DNA of 63,745 nucleotides, filler included, from Lenisia limosa (taxonomy: Eukaryota > Protista > Breviatea): NCBI GenBank assembly GCA_001655205.1. It is 6 parts of 6 records of this genome, joined end to end, with 100 filler letters (N's around TTAATTAATTAA, not from the genome) between each part and the next. Parts side by side here need not be neighbours in the genome. Positions count along the whole stretch, not along the records: positions 35,490 to 44,243 come from LPNZ01009866.1; positions 44,344 to 50,080 come from LPNZ01004967.1; positions 50,181 to 61,392 come from LPNZ01004505.1; 3 more parts are not named here. One strand, 5' to 3'. The notes beneath the pieces are model-generated. The model had not been told where the DNA came from. It did no database searches and saw only the letters and a program-made list of their open reading frames with translations. The position numbers and the translations under genes are program-made. Shown piece after piece: positions 38,601 through 50,654 of the stretch. Every line of letters begins with the position of its first letter. The stretch's first letter is position 1.

Positions 38601-40773
38601 CGAATATGTCGATAAATTCTCGATAAATATCGATTTAAAACGGCCTTTTTCGGACCATAGGTAAGCCTTAATAATGACTTTTGGCTACACTTTGTCCTGA
38701 TTTCTTTTCTTTTCTTTGTGGAGAAACTCAACATTTAAATTTGTGTTATGATATAATCTATCAAACAGACAAATGTCCCCCATTCACGCAGCTACTTACC
38801 CATGCAGTTCGGGTAAAGAGCTTGACGCACCTTCCGAAGCTTCCGACAAGATTCCGACAATCATCGCACCCATCCCCGAAGCCCAGCCCGGCCCTACTGC
38901 CACTGCGATTCCCCCCTCTTCCATCCCTGACGCTTCTGACTCCGGGGTGCCTATACGACCGCCCGAGGAGTCCCCATCACCCGTTATGACGTCGAACCCC
39001 AACCCATNNNNNNNNNNNNNNNNNNNNNNNNNNNNNNNNNNNNNNNNNNNNNNNNNNNNNNNNNNNNNNNNNNNNNNNNNNNNNNNNNNNNNNNNNNNNN
39101 NNNNNNNNNNNNNNNNNNNNNNNTGAGAGTGAAACAAGTCGCACTATTAGTCTGGAGTCTGACGAAATCATGCCCAAGTCCCCTCCTCCCCATTCTCCCA
39201 TTTCTTCTAGCCCTACTTCCCCAGCTCACCATTCCGACTCGATTCCAAAGTACCTCTCTTCTGTCGCTCAAGAGAGACCCACTGACAACCTTCCTAATAA
39301 GGCAAGTGAGGAACTGCCGCAAAAGGAAGAGGTTACAGTTTTACCCATGGCATCTATTGAAGATGAAACTGCTAAGCCTAAGGAACTCTCCCCCGCCGCA
39401 CAAGAGGAATCCACTGAAAAGGGACAAGCTCCTGTATTAACAAAGACAGCTGGGATATTTAGTGAAGACGAAATTGCTTCTGACTTAAAACAACTTTCTC
39501 CTGTCGCATCAGATTTATCCACCAAAGAGGCACCTCAAGCTCTTATTACTGACAACCTTCCGAATATGGAAAGTAATGGGTTTTCTAACACTGAAGAAGC
39601 TACCCAAACAAAGGTGGTTTTTGAAGATGTGACAACCTCTGACCCAACGATGAAGGAAGCAGAAGAGACACCTATTGAAGAGGAAATACGAATTACTGAC
39701 CTTACTACTACAGCAAGTGAGGAACTTTCTCAAAAGGAAGAAGTTCCCGTTTTAGCCAAGATATTTGAGATGGTAATCGAAGACGACCCAGCTTTAGACG
39801 CTCGGCCGAAGGAACTCTTTCCCGTTGCTAAAGATGAATCAACTGAAAAGGCACCGCAAGTTCTTGTTACTGACGACCTTCCTAAAACGGCAAGTGATCA
39901 GCTTCCTTCTCAGGAAGAACAGCCAATTAAGCCAGCTGAACCCATGGTTAAACCATCGTCTTTTCTTCCTCCTTCCGAGCCACAGAGTCCCCTCCGAGAC
40001 TCCTCAGCTGACATCACCAAATTGGCGCGGGAAGTGGCGCAACATTTGATGACGGTTNNNNNNNNNNNNNNNNNNNNNNNNNNNNNNNNNNNNNNNNNNN
40101 NNNNNNNNNNNNNNNNNNNNNNNNNNNNNNNNCTATTTTTTTCATCGTTAATACATTCTTTCTGTTTTCCCTTTTAACTTTTCTGACTATTATAGTTTAT
40201 AGCCCCATCAATGCCTGAGGATAAGGTTTGTAGGGCTATAATAAATGGCAGCCTGTTTGCTTTCCTAATGCTATTGGGTCATATCTGGAAGCGTGAGCTT
40301 ATTTTTTTTCTGTGTCCTTCGGTGTTTCTCAAATGCTTGCCAACATAGGTGGTTTTAGCTTTTTTTTTTTCTTCTTTTTTTTTTCGCATATTTTCCATTT
40401 ACCCCCCCCCCCCCCNNNNNNNNNNCTCGAGGTTAAGCGGCAGGAAATGCTGCAATTGCTTGTGCGAGGGGCTTGATGAGTGCAATTACTTGTGCAAGGG
40501 GCTTGATACTGGCTTCAAGATAGTTACATAGGTACTTACGTCTTCATTGTCTTTATTGATACAAAACCATTGGGGGGGGGGGGGGNNNNNNNNNNNNNNN
40601 NNNNNNNNNNNNNNNNNNNNNNNNNNNNNNNNNNNNNNNNNNNNNNNNNNNNNNNNNNNNNAGCTTCTGCGCAGGTACAATATTCTCACTCCTGCTGACA
40701 ACCACAGACCGAATTTCGCGCTTTATTGCCGGACCAGTCCTAATAGAAGAGCCCAGGCTCTGTTCTTTTTCTG
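35604..40773 (+). CDS. Large low-complexity protein: RG/RGG box, R/E/K/Y mixed-charge repeats, Pro/Thr-rich linker, acidic repeat region
   Basis: Open frame from 35604 (GRGRGRGKFQHGRGRGGFRGRGRG) into ORF 35854-37185, continuing across gaps in ORFs 37182, 37655, 38773 and 39170. The 5' end is missing and the 3' end uncertain. Confidence 0.68.
38216..38281 (-). repeat. Family D
   Basis: AAGCCGTCCCCACCATCACGCTTATAAGAGATATTGGAT is nearly identical to 5747-5785. Confidence 0.78.
38572..38670 (+). mobile_element. MITE family A, CCCTAC/CCCTAC
   Basis: GGGGCTTCCCTACGGTCC...CGGACCATAGGTAAGCCTTA. Confidence 0.85.
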
Positions 40774-41231
40774 ATTTGATGATTTTATGATTTGATGGGT
40801 TCTATGTTGTTTGTTGTTTCGCTACCCAGGTTTCTCATGGCTTTTTAGATACAAGGTATCACCATTGTTCCTTTGGTTGTCGACATATTATCCAAGTTCT
40901 GAAATTTTGCGGAGACATTTTACCAGAGTTAGGTCAACTCTTCTTATGCAAAAAACATTCAACCAGTCAACAACAATTCAAAATTCAATATTTCGTTAAT
41001 AACAGTTGAATAACAAAATAACATAGTTGTAATGGAGCAAGTGAGCAAGTTAAAAGAATGGGGTTACATACATACAGTGGGGGTGATCTTTCACCAGGGG
41101 GGATTACATTAGTTACATGTTGATGATATTGCTGGGCGAGAAAAAAACAACGGCCTTTTTTCCCGCTAATCCAGCTAGCAATCTGCATAACTGCACAACT
41201 CTTTTCAGTTTCTGTAAAAAAATAGACCAAC

Positions 41232-41660
41232 ATGTCCCTTGAAATCCAGTTTAACCGCAAACTTGTTGTTTGTTCTCTCCCTTACACTGTTGATGGTGTT
41301 AAGAATGCGATTTACAGGGTGTTTCCTCAGCTCAAACATCAACAGGTGGAGTTTCTTTTTGGCTCAAGTGTGTTTACCCTGGCAGATTTCCCTTTTCTTC
41401 AACAACGCTCGAGTCAATACCGATTCACAGGAGCTCCCCAACCTGAAGACACACTCTAAAGTGGTGGTTCGACAAGGTCAGTTCCCGTAATTAATCTCTG
41501 TGCTGTTTTGCTTGCAATTATGCGGCATTCATCGTTGTATTTACCTTTGTAAGTGTCATACCAGATGGAGAATACCACAATGATGTCTTGCTTTCTCTTT
41601 TTCACTCCGAGGCATCAGCGGAATTTGATTCCAAATGCTCTAGAACCTTCGCAATTCAAC
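41232..41660 (+). CDS. Gene starting with a possible ubiquitin-like/PB1-like domain
   Basis: Removing a 40-nt GT..AG intron (41346-41385) joins MSLEIQFNRKLVVCSLPYTVDGVKNAIYRVFPQLKHQQ to ISLFFNNARVNTDSQELPNLKTHSKVVVRQ. The downstream structure is unclear. Confidence 0.42.
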
Positions 41661-42284
41661 CCACGCATTATTTTATATCCACTTAATGGGAGCTTTTCCT
41701 CTGCCGATTCCCCCCTTTTCTTAATCTTCTTCATTCCCATTTGAAAGGATCTCCCCTCTGTTTCTTGCATGAATGATTAAATCGCTACATGCACATTCAA
41801 TTCATCCGGAAATTCATTTGCCCATTTGTTGCTATCGTTCCACTAATGATTTCCTTCTCATTTGGTCCGTTTCTCCACGTGTGTGGTTATGGGGGCTCGG
41901 ATTATGTTAAGTTTTTTGTTGATCGCCATGTATTTTTGAGTGTCTCAATGAGACTACGGTTGGATGCTATCCTGTTGTGAGTTCGCAAATGCACATGTCA
42001 CCACACTACAAAATGTCGTTTTTCTTCCTTTCTCGGCTTTCCTTTTTTTTTTTTTTTTTTTTTNNNNNNNNNNNNNNNNNNNNNNNNNNNNNNNNNNNNN
42101 NNNNNNNNNNNNNNNNNNNNNNNNNNNNNNNNNNNNNGCTTGTGTGTTTGTTCATTGTGGGGTCTTCGGATAGTTGCCTTTGTTTTATTGGGTTGATTTT
42201 ATTGTTATTGATGTTTTTTTATTATTTTCTGATTATTTTAACGTGCACTGTCAAATGATTGGGTGAATTAATATTATATTTACT

Positions 42285-42358
42285 ATAATTCAATATCTCT
42301 TAGCGTGATGGTGTGTACGGCTTCGGCCAGATGCAATCTGGTTTTTTATTTGTCCATT
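42285..42358 (+). repeat. Family D
   Basis: CAATATCTCTTAGCGTGATGGTGTGTACGGCTTCGGCCAGA...TTTTTTATTT. Confidence 0.75.
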
Positions 42359-42379
42359 ACTATTAGTACATTATTATTA

Positions 42380-44032
42380 CTCAGTGTTTCTCTCCAAAGA
42401 TTCTGGATTGAGGAGGGTAAACCCCCTCTTTTCTTTCAAGCTGTTAAGCCTTTTTTTCCTCGGTCTTTCAATGGTTTTGTTTTTCTTTTTAGTTATTGGG
42501 TTGTTTTATTGAGGTACTGTCTCGTTTTTCAACCCTGTTCGCGAACGTGTTTGTTGCTATAATGCTACAGTCCTTAATCTCGTGATTGTGTGAACGGCTT
42601 CGGACACTACCTGTTTTTATTTCTCATCTCTATGTAAACCCCAATCAATCGTCATACTCACCTGGTCCCGGACTTATCTTCCCACTGGTACAAACATAGC
42701 ATCCCTTCTCAGCATCATGGTTTCAATTAACAAATGTAACAAGTGTAGGAAATGCGAGACTATGAGCCACTTTTGCTGCCACGTTCAGATGTTTTTCCCC
42801 TCTATGTTCACCCGTTCTATTTAACAGATGCTGATTTAGTTTGTTTCCTGTCATTTCGGGCAGTATCAGTGTCAATCTCAAAAATGGAAGAATAATTGAG
42901 TGACTTGCTTAATACAGACGTAGAATAAAATTTGGGGGCGGTATGCGGTATCGATTAAAAATTCCCCCTTCTTTTTTTGAACTCAAGAATCCTTTTTTAT
43001 GCGAAAAAAAAAAANNNNNNNNNNNNNNNNNNNNNNNNNNNNNNNNNNNNNNNNNNNNNNNNNNNNNNNNNNNNNNNNNNNNNNNNNNNNNNNNNNNNNN
43101 NNNNNNNNNNNNNNNNNNNNNNNNNNNNNNNNNNNNNNNNNNNNNNNNNNNNNNNNNNNNNNNNNNNNNNNNNNNNNNNNNNNNNNNNNNNNNNNNNNNN
43201 NNNNNNNNNNNNNNNNNNNNNNNNNNNNNNNNNNNNNNNNNNNNNNNNNNNNNNNNNNNNNNNNNNNNNNNNNNNNNNNNNNNNNNNNNNNNNNNNNNNN
43301 NNNNNNNNNNNNNNNNNNNNNNNNNNNNNNNNNNNATGGAAATTTATAATCAAAAACAAAAAAAATATAATCACAATCAACACATCCTCAGTTAAACACG
43401 GATATATCAATTAAGAATCTTAGTAGCACAAGAGAGCAAAAATATCATATGACATAATATACTACGTACGGATGAATCATTGTAGCTGGCCAACCCCCCT
43501 CCCTCACGTTAGAGACCTATTGGCCAGAACAGCCTGGATAAGTAGCTTGGAAGCGGGCTCGGATACCAAGTCAACCTCGGATATGTTGAGAGTCTCTAGT
43601 ACCGAGTTTTCCGCTATCATTTGGCAGAAGGGGAAGTGGGCTCCCTGAGGAGGGCGGGCGGGGGTTAATTTGGAAAATTTATGAAACAAAAGAGCCCAAA
43701 TCAACTTTATTGGCTGACAACGCACGANNNNNNNNNNNNNNNNNNNNNNNNNNNNNNNNNNNNNNNNNNNNNNNNNNNNNNNNNNNNNNNTGTGGACAGC
43801 TTCGGCGAGATATAACCATGTTTTATTTCTCATCTCTACAGTGACCGCGATAAGTCCTGACACGATCGATTTAAGCTATCCGTGTCAGGACTTAGCGCGG
43901 CCAGTTTATAAAGCTCAATTTACGATCACAGTCGGTTTTCCAAGAAGCAGCTCACGTGGCAAAGGGGGTTTCGGGACACGTCAAGTTCGAGGATGGTTTT
44001 GTTCTTCGCAATTCCGCTTCCAAGAAGAGCGC
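42380..44032 (-). CDS. RNI-like leucine-rich repeat protein fragment
   Basis: ALLGSGIAKNKTILELDVSRNPL and IAENSVLETLNISEVDLVSEPASKLLIQAVLANRSLT show the LxxNxxLxxLxL pattern. Limits approximate and interrupted by gaps. Confidence 0.62.
42581..42632 (+). repeat. Family D
   Basis: CGTGATTGTGTGAACGGCTTCGGACAC..TTTTTATTTCTCATC. Confidence 0.7.
43791..43838 (+). repeat. Family D, directly abutting a MITE B
   Basis: TGTGGACAGCTTCGGCGAGATA..TTTTATTTCTCATC. Confidence 0.68.
43839..43906. mobile_element. MITE family B (Tc1/mariner-like)
   Basis: TA|CAGTGACCGCGATAAGTCCTGACAC...GTGTCAGGACTTAGCGCGGCCAGTT|TA. Confidence 0.75.
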
Positions 44033-44243
44033 CTGTGCGATGAGAAGATAATAACAGGGCTACATATCATTGACATTTATTGTACAACGTGTGATATGCT
44101 ATATTGGCGAATGAACAAGGTACGTATACGTACACTCTATTGGGGGTGGATGAGTTCTATGGTGAGCGGTAGAGGTGAACAAAAGAGATTCAAAGGGCGG
44201 AATTGAAGGCGGGATAAAAAATTATTAAAAAAAGCTCCGATGG

Positions 44244-44343
44244 NNNNNNNNNNNNNNNNNNNNNNNNNNNNNNNNNNNNNNNNNNNNTTAATTAATTAAN
44301 NNNNNNNNNNNNNNNNNNNNNNNNNNNNNNNNNNNNNNNNNNN
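44244..44343. other. Artificial contig spacer
   Basis: Same 44+12+44 layout. Confidence 0.95.
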
Positions 44344-44369
44344 GGGGGGGGGGGGTCAATATACCATAC

Positions 44370-47300
44370 CTGAGGAAGCCAACTTCTCGCGGTTGATGGT
44401 GAGGAAACTGTCAATTTCCACTAAACGATCCACAATACTACAGTGTCATCAGCAAGGATTATGAAGGTTGCCTATCTTTTGGAAGAGCAACTGGTGATGA
44501 AGAGTGTTTCTCTTTAGAAGACATACACAAAAGCTGATTTATAGATTTAAGGTTATCTTATACTGTCTTAACTTCCAACCCTCTAAACAAAACCACTTGA
44601 GAACTGAACAAAACCACCATAAAACTGAACATAGCTTCAATTTGAACAGCACCCACATTTGAATCTTCTTACGCAATTCGTCCTCATTGATCCTGAAAAA
44701 ATGGATTAAAAAACATATCATAACTTCAAAGTATATAGCAGCACTACTTCCTACTACCCTCTCCCACCCATCAAAGTAACACATTCCACGTATCTCTCCC
44801 CTTCCTCACCTCCTGGACCAAAAGTTTGAAAATACAACTTTTATAAACAAAAGTCAACCCCTCTTCTTTTTATTATTATAATATATAAATTGCCCCCCCG
44901 GCCTACTCGTCAATGTCGTACTGAGCCCTATGGAACTCGCCTTCAATGTGTTTGAACTGCTCCTCTTTCTCAGCTGCCTCGCGCTCGGCTGCGTCCAACT
45001 TCTTGCTAAGAGGTCAAAGGGTAAAGTTCGCTGTGTTATCCATAGCATTTCTAAATACGGAAAAGTTGATTTGTCCATAGTATAATCACATCATCATACA
45101 TAGCATGTGTACTCAGAAATGATAGCTAAAACAAAAGCATCTGGTGGAGGCCGTCCACTTCATTAAGCGGGAAGAATGGTGTATATCAATTGATAAGGGA
45201 ATTATCTGATCATCTCTAGCATTTCAACAGAAATTGATCTCCACCATGCAATATCAAATATTCAAAAAGAAGGTTATTGTTAACCGCAAACACTTGCTGC
45301 TGCCTAGTCTGCTTAACCTGCTGCAACGTCTCTTCAAGTTCCGGTAAAGATTGCTGGGGAGTTACAATTGCGGCTGGAAGCACATGAAAATGTTGAAAAA
45401 TAAGGATATTTTTGATAGTCCAATGCTTGGGAATAGCTTGGTCGAAACCATCTTTCAATGTCAACATTCAACTAACAAACCGTGTACTCACGTTTGATAC
45501 CCTTCCAAACCTGAATAGTCTCCATGGCCTCCTGCTTCTCCATCACTTCCTGCTTGATGGTGTCAACTTGTCTGAATTTAGACTTCAGCACCTCCATTCG
45601 ACCTACAAGGTTTGACAAATGGAGCGTCATTGAATATATTTCCTTGCAAAGGTGGGAATTTGAATTAAATACTTAATGAACATAACTATACACAGGTTTT
45701 GCGTAAAGAGTCTGCGTAATGCATGTCAATAGCTTATCAAAAAAAAAAAAATAACACTAGGACTCAAATTATTCTATCCAATTCTCTAAATGGAAAGGAA
45801 TGCCACTCTTCATAGTGATAAACCGGCCAAAAGAGAATGCGCCGTCCTACTTTGTTCCCTCGAAGTGTTAACCGATAAGTCGTGGACGTGTGTACGAAGG
45901 TCGTGGATGTTGTTTCTATGGACGTCCAAAGACCGGCGCTTTTGAGATATATTTGACTCCACGTCATCCCTAGGTTCTAATGAAAATACCAGTGTAATTG
46001 TTGAAACATTGAAATGTTGAGTAATATAACAGCAATCTAATATCTAACCCGAGACCCCCTTACCTCTTCTGTTTCAGCTCCACCAGGGCAGATTCGAGGG
46101 CAGCAGAGTCTCCACCATCGGATTTGACGGGATTGAGCGTTCTGAGGAACTTCTCCTCGTCTTTCAGGCGCTCGGTGAGAGCCTAGAGGGTGGGGTGAAT
46201 GAGAACATTTATGACAAAAAGGCCTAAATTAAACTGTGTTGACACACGAGGATTACAACAAAACAAACAAATCCCAGGCCAGTCGCTTCTGGAACGTAGA
46301 ATTGGAAAACTTATGAAACAAAAAAAGCCCAAAATCAACTCTGGCGGGGGGGGGGGGGGNNNNNNNNNNNNNNNNNNNNNNNNNNNNNNNNNNNNNNNNN
46401 NNNNNNNNNNNNNNNNNNNNNNNNNNNNNNNNNNNNNNNNNNNNNNNNNNNNNNNNNNNNNNNNNNNNNNNNNNNNNNNNNNNNACATCAGTTGCAGCCT
46501 GAAGAACTTCGTTGAGTCCGGCAATCTTGCGGTTGAGAATCTCCTTTTTCGTGGCCAACTGCAGCATTAGATTGGAGGAATGGATGACAGATTGGAGGAA
46601 TGCATGACAGATTGGAGGAATGGATGGCAGGTTGGAGGAATGGATGACAGATTGAAGGAATGCATGGGGGATATGAGTGTTCCAACAGGGGGAAGGCACA
46701 TTTTAATGAACATCCTTACACCCCGGGATGTTAGTGGGGGAAAGGATTGAGGGTATTGTCACATTGAGCTGGATTGTGGGGTATTATTCTTCATAATGAT
46801 ACACACATATGTATTTGTGTAATATGTTGGATGGAGGTGGAACCTTTTTTGTACTGCAAAAAAATATGTGTATTGACCTCTTACCTCGGTAGCTTGGTCG
46901 GTCATTGTTTGGACGTCATTTGACAAGTCATGAATGGATTTCTCCAGCTGTATAAGTCAGTACACTGTTAAGATATTTGTTACACTGTTAAGATATTTGT
47001 TACACTGTTAAGATATTTGTACGATGGTATGTAATAAAAAAAGCCTTAAAAAATTTAAATATTCCTTCACAAAATATCAAGAGACCCCCACAATTAATCA
47101 ATTTCAAACAAAAAGCACCCATACCTCTCTTTTCTAATAAATATTTATCTCAAAAAATCATCAAAAAAATAACGTTCACTCCCACCTTGGTTATCTTAGT
47201 TTCACTCCCACCTTGGTAATCTTAGTTTCAGCATCGCGGGTGGCCCTGGCCTCCTCAACATGCTTCTCAAACTTGGCCATTTCCTGGGTGGAGGGGGGAT

Positions 47301-50043
47301 GAAAAGGGAAACTTGACGAAACAAAAACAAAACCCTCAGAATCAACTCTTTTGGCTAAGTATTCGGGGAAAACACATTTCCACATGGTCACTTTCTCAGC
47401 ATTCTTCCCACTCCAAAGTCACTCATATTACCCCCACCCCCACTTTCTCAGCCTTTTTTATGTCGGATTCTACGTCGGTGTTGGAGTCTGCCGCCATTTT
47501 GTCCATGCACTAGAATGGGTGAGTTAAGACGTTCGAAAAACACAGGTAAAATATCGATATTTATCAAGGATATATCGAGATATTCAGTCTTTATTGGGAC
47601 TGTAAGGAAGCCCTAGGCAAGACTAGAAGCACTGAATGGGTTACAAAATAAATTTAAACGGGTAATAATTTAGCAAACTTGGTATCGTTGCATCAAGTCG
47701 GATGGAACAACATAGTTTGAAACCAACAGCAATAAAATTTCGATGTATTGATGCTGTATTAAACCTTGGTCAATATCAAATAAACAATACATGTCATACT
47801 ACAACCCATGAGTGAAAAAAAGCCAATTAGACATAGCGAATAAACCAGAAATACAATAGGTACATCAAAAGACAATAAAAATGTTTATAGAGGTTGATTG
47901 ATGCGACTGTGGTTGCCTTCTTCATAAAATGTTCTTCATCGAAGATGACATATTACCCCCCCCCCNNNNNNNNNNNNNNNNNNNNNNNNNNNNNNNNNNN
48001 NNNNNNNNNNNNNNNNNNNNNNNNNNNNNNNNNNNNNNNNNNNNNNNNNNNNNNNNNNNNNNNNNNNNNNNNNNNNNNNNNNNNCAAAGGAAGCAAGACT
48101 GTCGCGATATGTAGAACTTCTTGAATTGGTCCACAATGTGGTTGGCAAACTTGGAGCTTTGAAGCTTTCTGTGGTTGTGAAGTTAAAATAGAACCTGACA
48201 AGCTTTGAATAGATTCCAGGGATATACACGAAAGCCATTATGTGACACTCTGTGAAAGCTGGAAATAGAACCTAGCGATGCAGTAGTTCAAAAATGGNNN
48301 NNNNNNNNNNNNNNNNNNNNNNNNNNNNNNNNNNNNNNNNNNNNNNNNNNNNNNNNNNNNNNNNNNNNNNNNNNNNNNNNNNNNNNNNNNNNNNNNNNNN
48401 NNNNNNNNNNNNNNNNGCTTCGAAGGTGTCCAGCGGGGGGAAGTCGAACTTACGTGCAAGCTGGGCCCATCTTGTGACTAAAGGGGGTGAGATTGTGTTC
48501 GTATAGGATAATCATGGCATATTATATTTGGAGCCAACTGTGTAAAGTAATGAGTATGTTATGAAAAGCAGAGTAATTATACCCATCAGTCCCTACAGCT
48601 TTCCAAGTCATTGATATAGCCCAAGCCACGGTAACCCCCATACCTTGGCTGCGGTGCTGGTTGAGTTCTGCCTGGTCCTTAAGCTGCACATCCTTGATAC
48701 CCTCGATTTTGGCCTGAAAGGGGTGCATTAGTGTTAACTTGTACTTCATTGAGGTGAAGAAGCTCGTTCATCTTAACTAGTATTTGTTACGTTTAGCGAT
48801 TCTTATTAATCAGTCTCCATAATGGCTTTAATTAGTTCTTATACGAACGTAAACACAGTTGGCTCATATTCTTGCGTGTTATATATATACAATATGGGTT
48901 CATAGTAAAGTAGTCAAAATATTTACCCGTTCATACAATAACATCCATATTAATCTCAGAGGAATAAAAACACCACTACATTTGATACTCGCTAAACCCC
49001 CCATTACATTGATTGTAGCTTCTTCGACTGAAAGACCCTCCAACTTTCCCCTCTTAACACTAGGGAGTGAGATAGAGTGACGCAATATATCAATATTTCA
49101 TAACAACGCGCGGAAAAGACGCGATACAAATATAAACATACGATACCCCACACACACACCTTATTTCGTGTCACACTTACTCCCCACTTCCCACTTGATT
49201 TCGTTTTTGATTTGGCCCACTGATTCGCTGTCGAGAGACTGGTTCGGGAAATATCGTCTATATTTGTGAGGGTTTGGGGGAAGTTGCTTCAACAAATCGC
49301 ACAGTTGAATGATTATTTTGCGTGATTGACACCTTTTAAAATTGGAAGTCTCAGCCAGAAGCCTTCCAAGCCGCCACGTTTATACTTTCCACCAGAACAC
49401 ATCATTCAGCGTGCCTCCCAGCCCACGTGATGGTGGTTTGGTTTTTCTTCACTTCGTCCGCTATCGCAGTCTTTAGATCTAAAAAGGTTATAGTAATATT
49501 AAAACCTGGCTGTGGTCAAATATGAAACTGGGAATCAAAAAATAGTATGATTATACTAGTATCTAGGCGTACCATCGACCTTAACTACAGCCTGCTCGTA
49601 TTTGAATCTTTCCTCGGCATTTGCCTGCAGCTTCTGGAGGGCATTTTCATTGTCCAGAATATTGACTTTGATCTAATGATCGTTAAAAATGGAAACTCTA
49701 GAAAGAGAAAGGGACAATGTTCTAAAAAAGAGTTCTCTAGAAAAGGAGAAATATAATAAAATATAGCTAGTATTAAAGATTAAAGCAATGTTACTTCATC
49801 AAATCAATTCCAGTAAGAGTACTGCTAGGGAAATCGGCTCTGAAATTGAAAGAAGCCCAGGAGAAAAAAAGAGAGCATCAGACAAATACCATCAGAAAGA
49901 GAGCATCAGACAAACACCATCAGAAAGAGAGCACCAGACAAAACCAACAGAAAGAGAGCACCACGTTTAGAGGAAAATTAATCTTGAAAATAAGAGCAAT
50001 GACTCACCTGTCTGAGTTTCTGTTCGAGCTCAGTAATTTCAGC
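44370..50043 (-). CDS. Long coiled-coil protein, internal fragment with both ends at spacers
   Basis: Exons AEITELEQKLRQ, VNILDNENALQKLQANAEERFKYEQ, EMAKFEKHVEEARATRDAETKITK, KKLDAAEREAAEKEEQFKHIEGEFHRAQYDIDE, with GT/AG flanks. Confidence 0.68.
46569..46666. repeat. 20-bp minisatellite, about 5 copies
   Basis: AGATTGGAGGAATGGATGAC. Confidence 0.92.
46961..47020. repeat. 20-bp perfect tandem repeat x3
   Basis: TACACTGTTAAGATATTTGT. Confidence 0.95.
47175..47230 (-). repeat. 26-bp tandem duplication spanning an exon/5' splice-site boundary
   Basis: Minus strand reads GAAACTAAGAT(T/A)ACCAAG|GTGGGAGT twice. Confidence 0.88.
47531..47615 (-). mobile_element. MITE family A, reverse orientation, mixed end types
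   Basis: One end is GGGACTGTAAGGAAGCCCTA (CCCTAC type); the other is a truncated GTTCGAAAAA (CACTT type). Confidence 0.8.
49867..49963. repeat. About 28-bp minisatellite, about 3.5 copies
   Basis: AGAAAGAGAGCATCAGACAAA(T/C)ACCATC. Confidence 0.88.
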
Positions 50044-50080
50044 CTGAGGAAATAAGACAAATACGGGAGGGGGGGAGGGG

Positions 50081-50180
50081 NNNNNNNNNNNNNNNNNNNN
50101 NNNNNNNNNNNNNNNNNNNNNNNNTTAATTAATTAANNNNNNNNNNNNNNNNNNNNNNNNNNNNNNNNNNNNNNNNNNNN
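50081..50180. other. Artificial contig spacer
   Basis: Same 44+12+44 layout. Confidence 0.95.
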
Positions 50181-50359
50181 TTAATGACCCCCCCCCCCCT
50201 TGCTTTTTTTTATGTCGCCACCAGTAGTGTTATTTTCACCCTCATACAAACTGACACGTAGATATGCCGCAAGAAACATTAATGTCCTTGATGGGAGGGG
50301 CAGGCCTGGGAGATGTTTGCGGGTGGTGATGGTATATTTTTTACGTATGTCATTACACA

Positions 50360-50565
50360 TTTCACATGTGTGAACTATGGATACCTCATCCACTCGATAG
50401 GTCCCAAAAAAGACTAAATTGTTTGATAAAACCTCGATAAATATCGCTATTTCACCAGTCTTTTTCGGACCGTAGGGAAGCCCTACTGACAAGTCACAAT
50501 GAAAACTGATACACTCGGAATGAATATTCGTGTTATTTTCGTTCATCATTTCGACTCGAAAGACG
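50360..50565 (+). repeat. Family C copy interrupted by MITE A
   Basis: TTTCACATGTGTGAACTAT..GATACCTCATCCACTCG [MITE A] CTGACAAGTCACAATG..GATACACTCGG..TCGTGTT..TTCGTTCATCATTTCGAC. Confidence 0.72.
50400..50485 (+). mobile_element. MITE family A, CCCTAC type, nested in family C copy
   Basis: GGTCCCAAAAAAGAC...TTTTTCGGACCGTAGGGAAGCCCTA; left terminus deleted. Confidence 0.82.
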
Positions 50566-50654
50566 TATAATCGTGAGGTGAAGCCCGAATCATAGTAGAA
50601 CATGGTACCTGTAGTTTATTAGTGTGTGTTTTTTTGGAGTCACGCTATTTTCAG

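Noticed and set aside
50181-50603. 140-aa minus-strand ORF (also 31599-32063 and 5189-5575 on the plus strand)
   Set aside because: These run through MITE/intron sequence or are antisense to better-supported exons, and show no recognisable domain.
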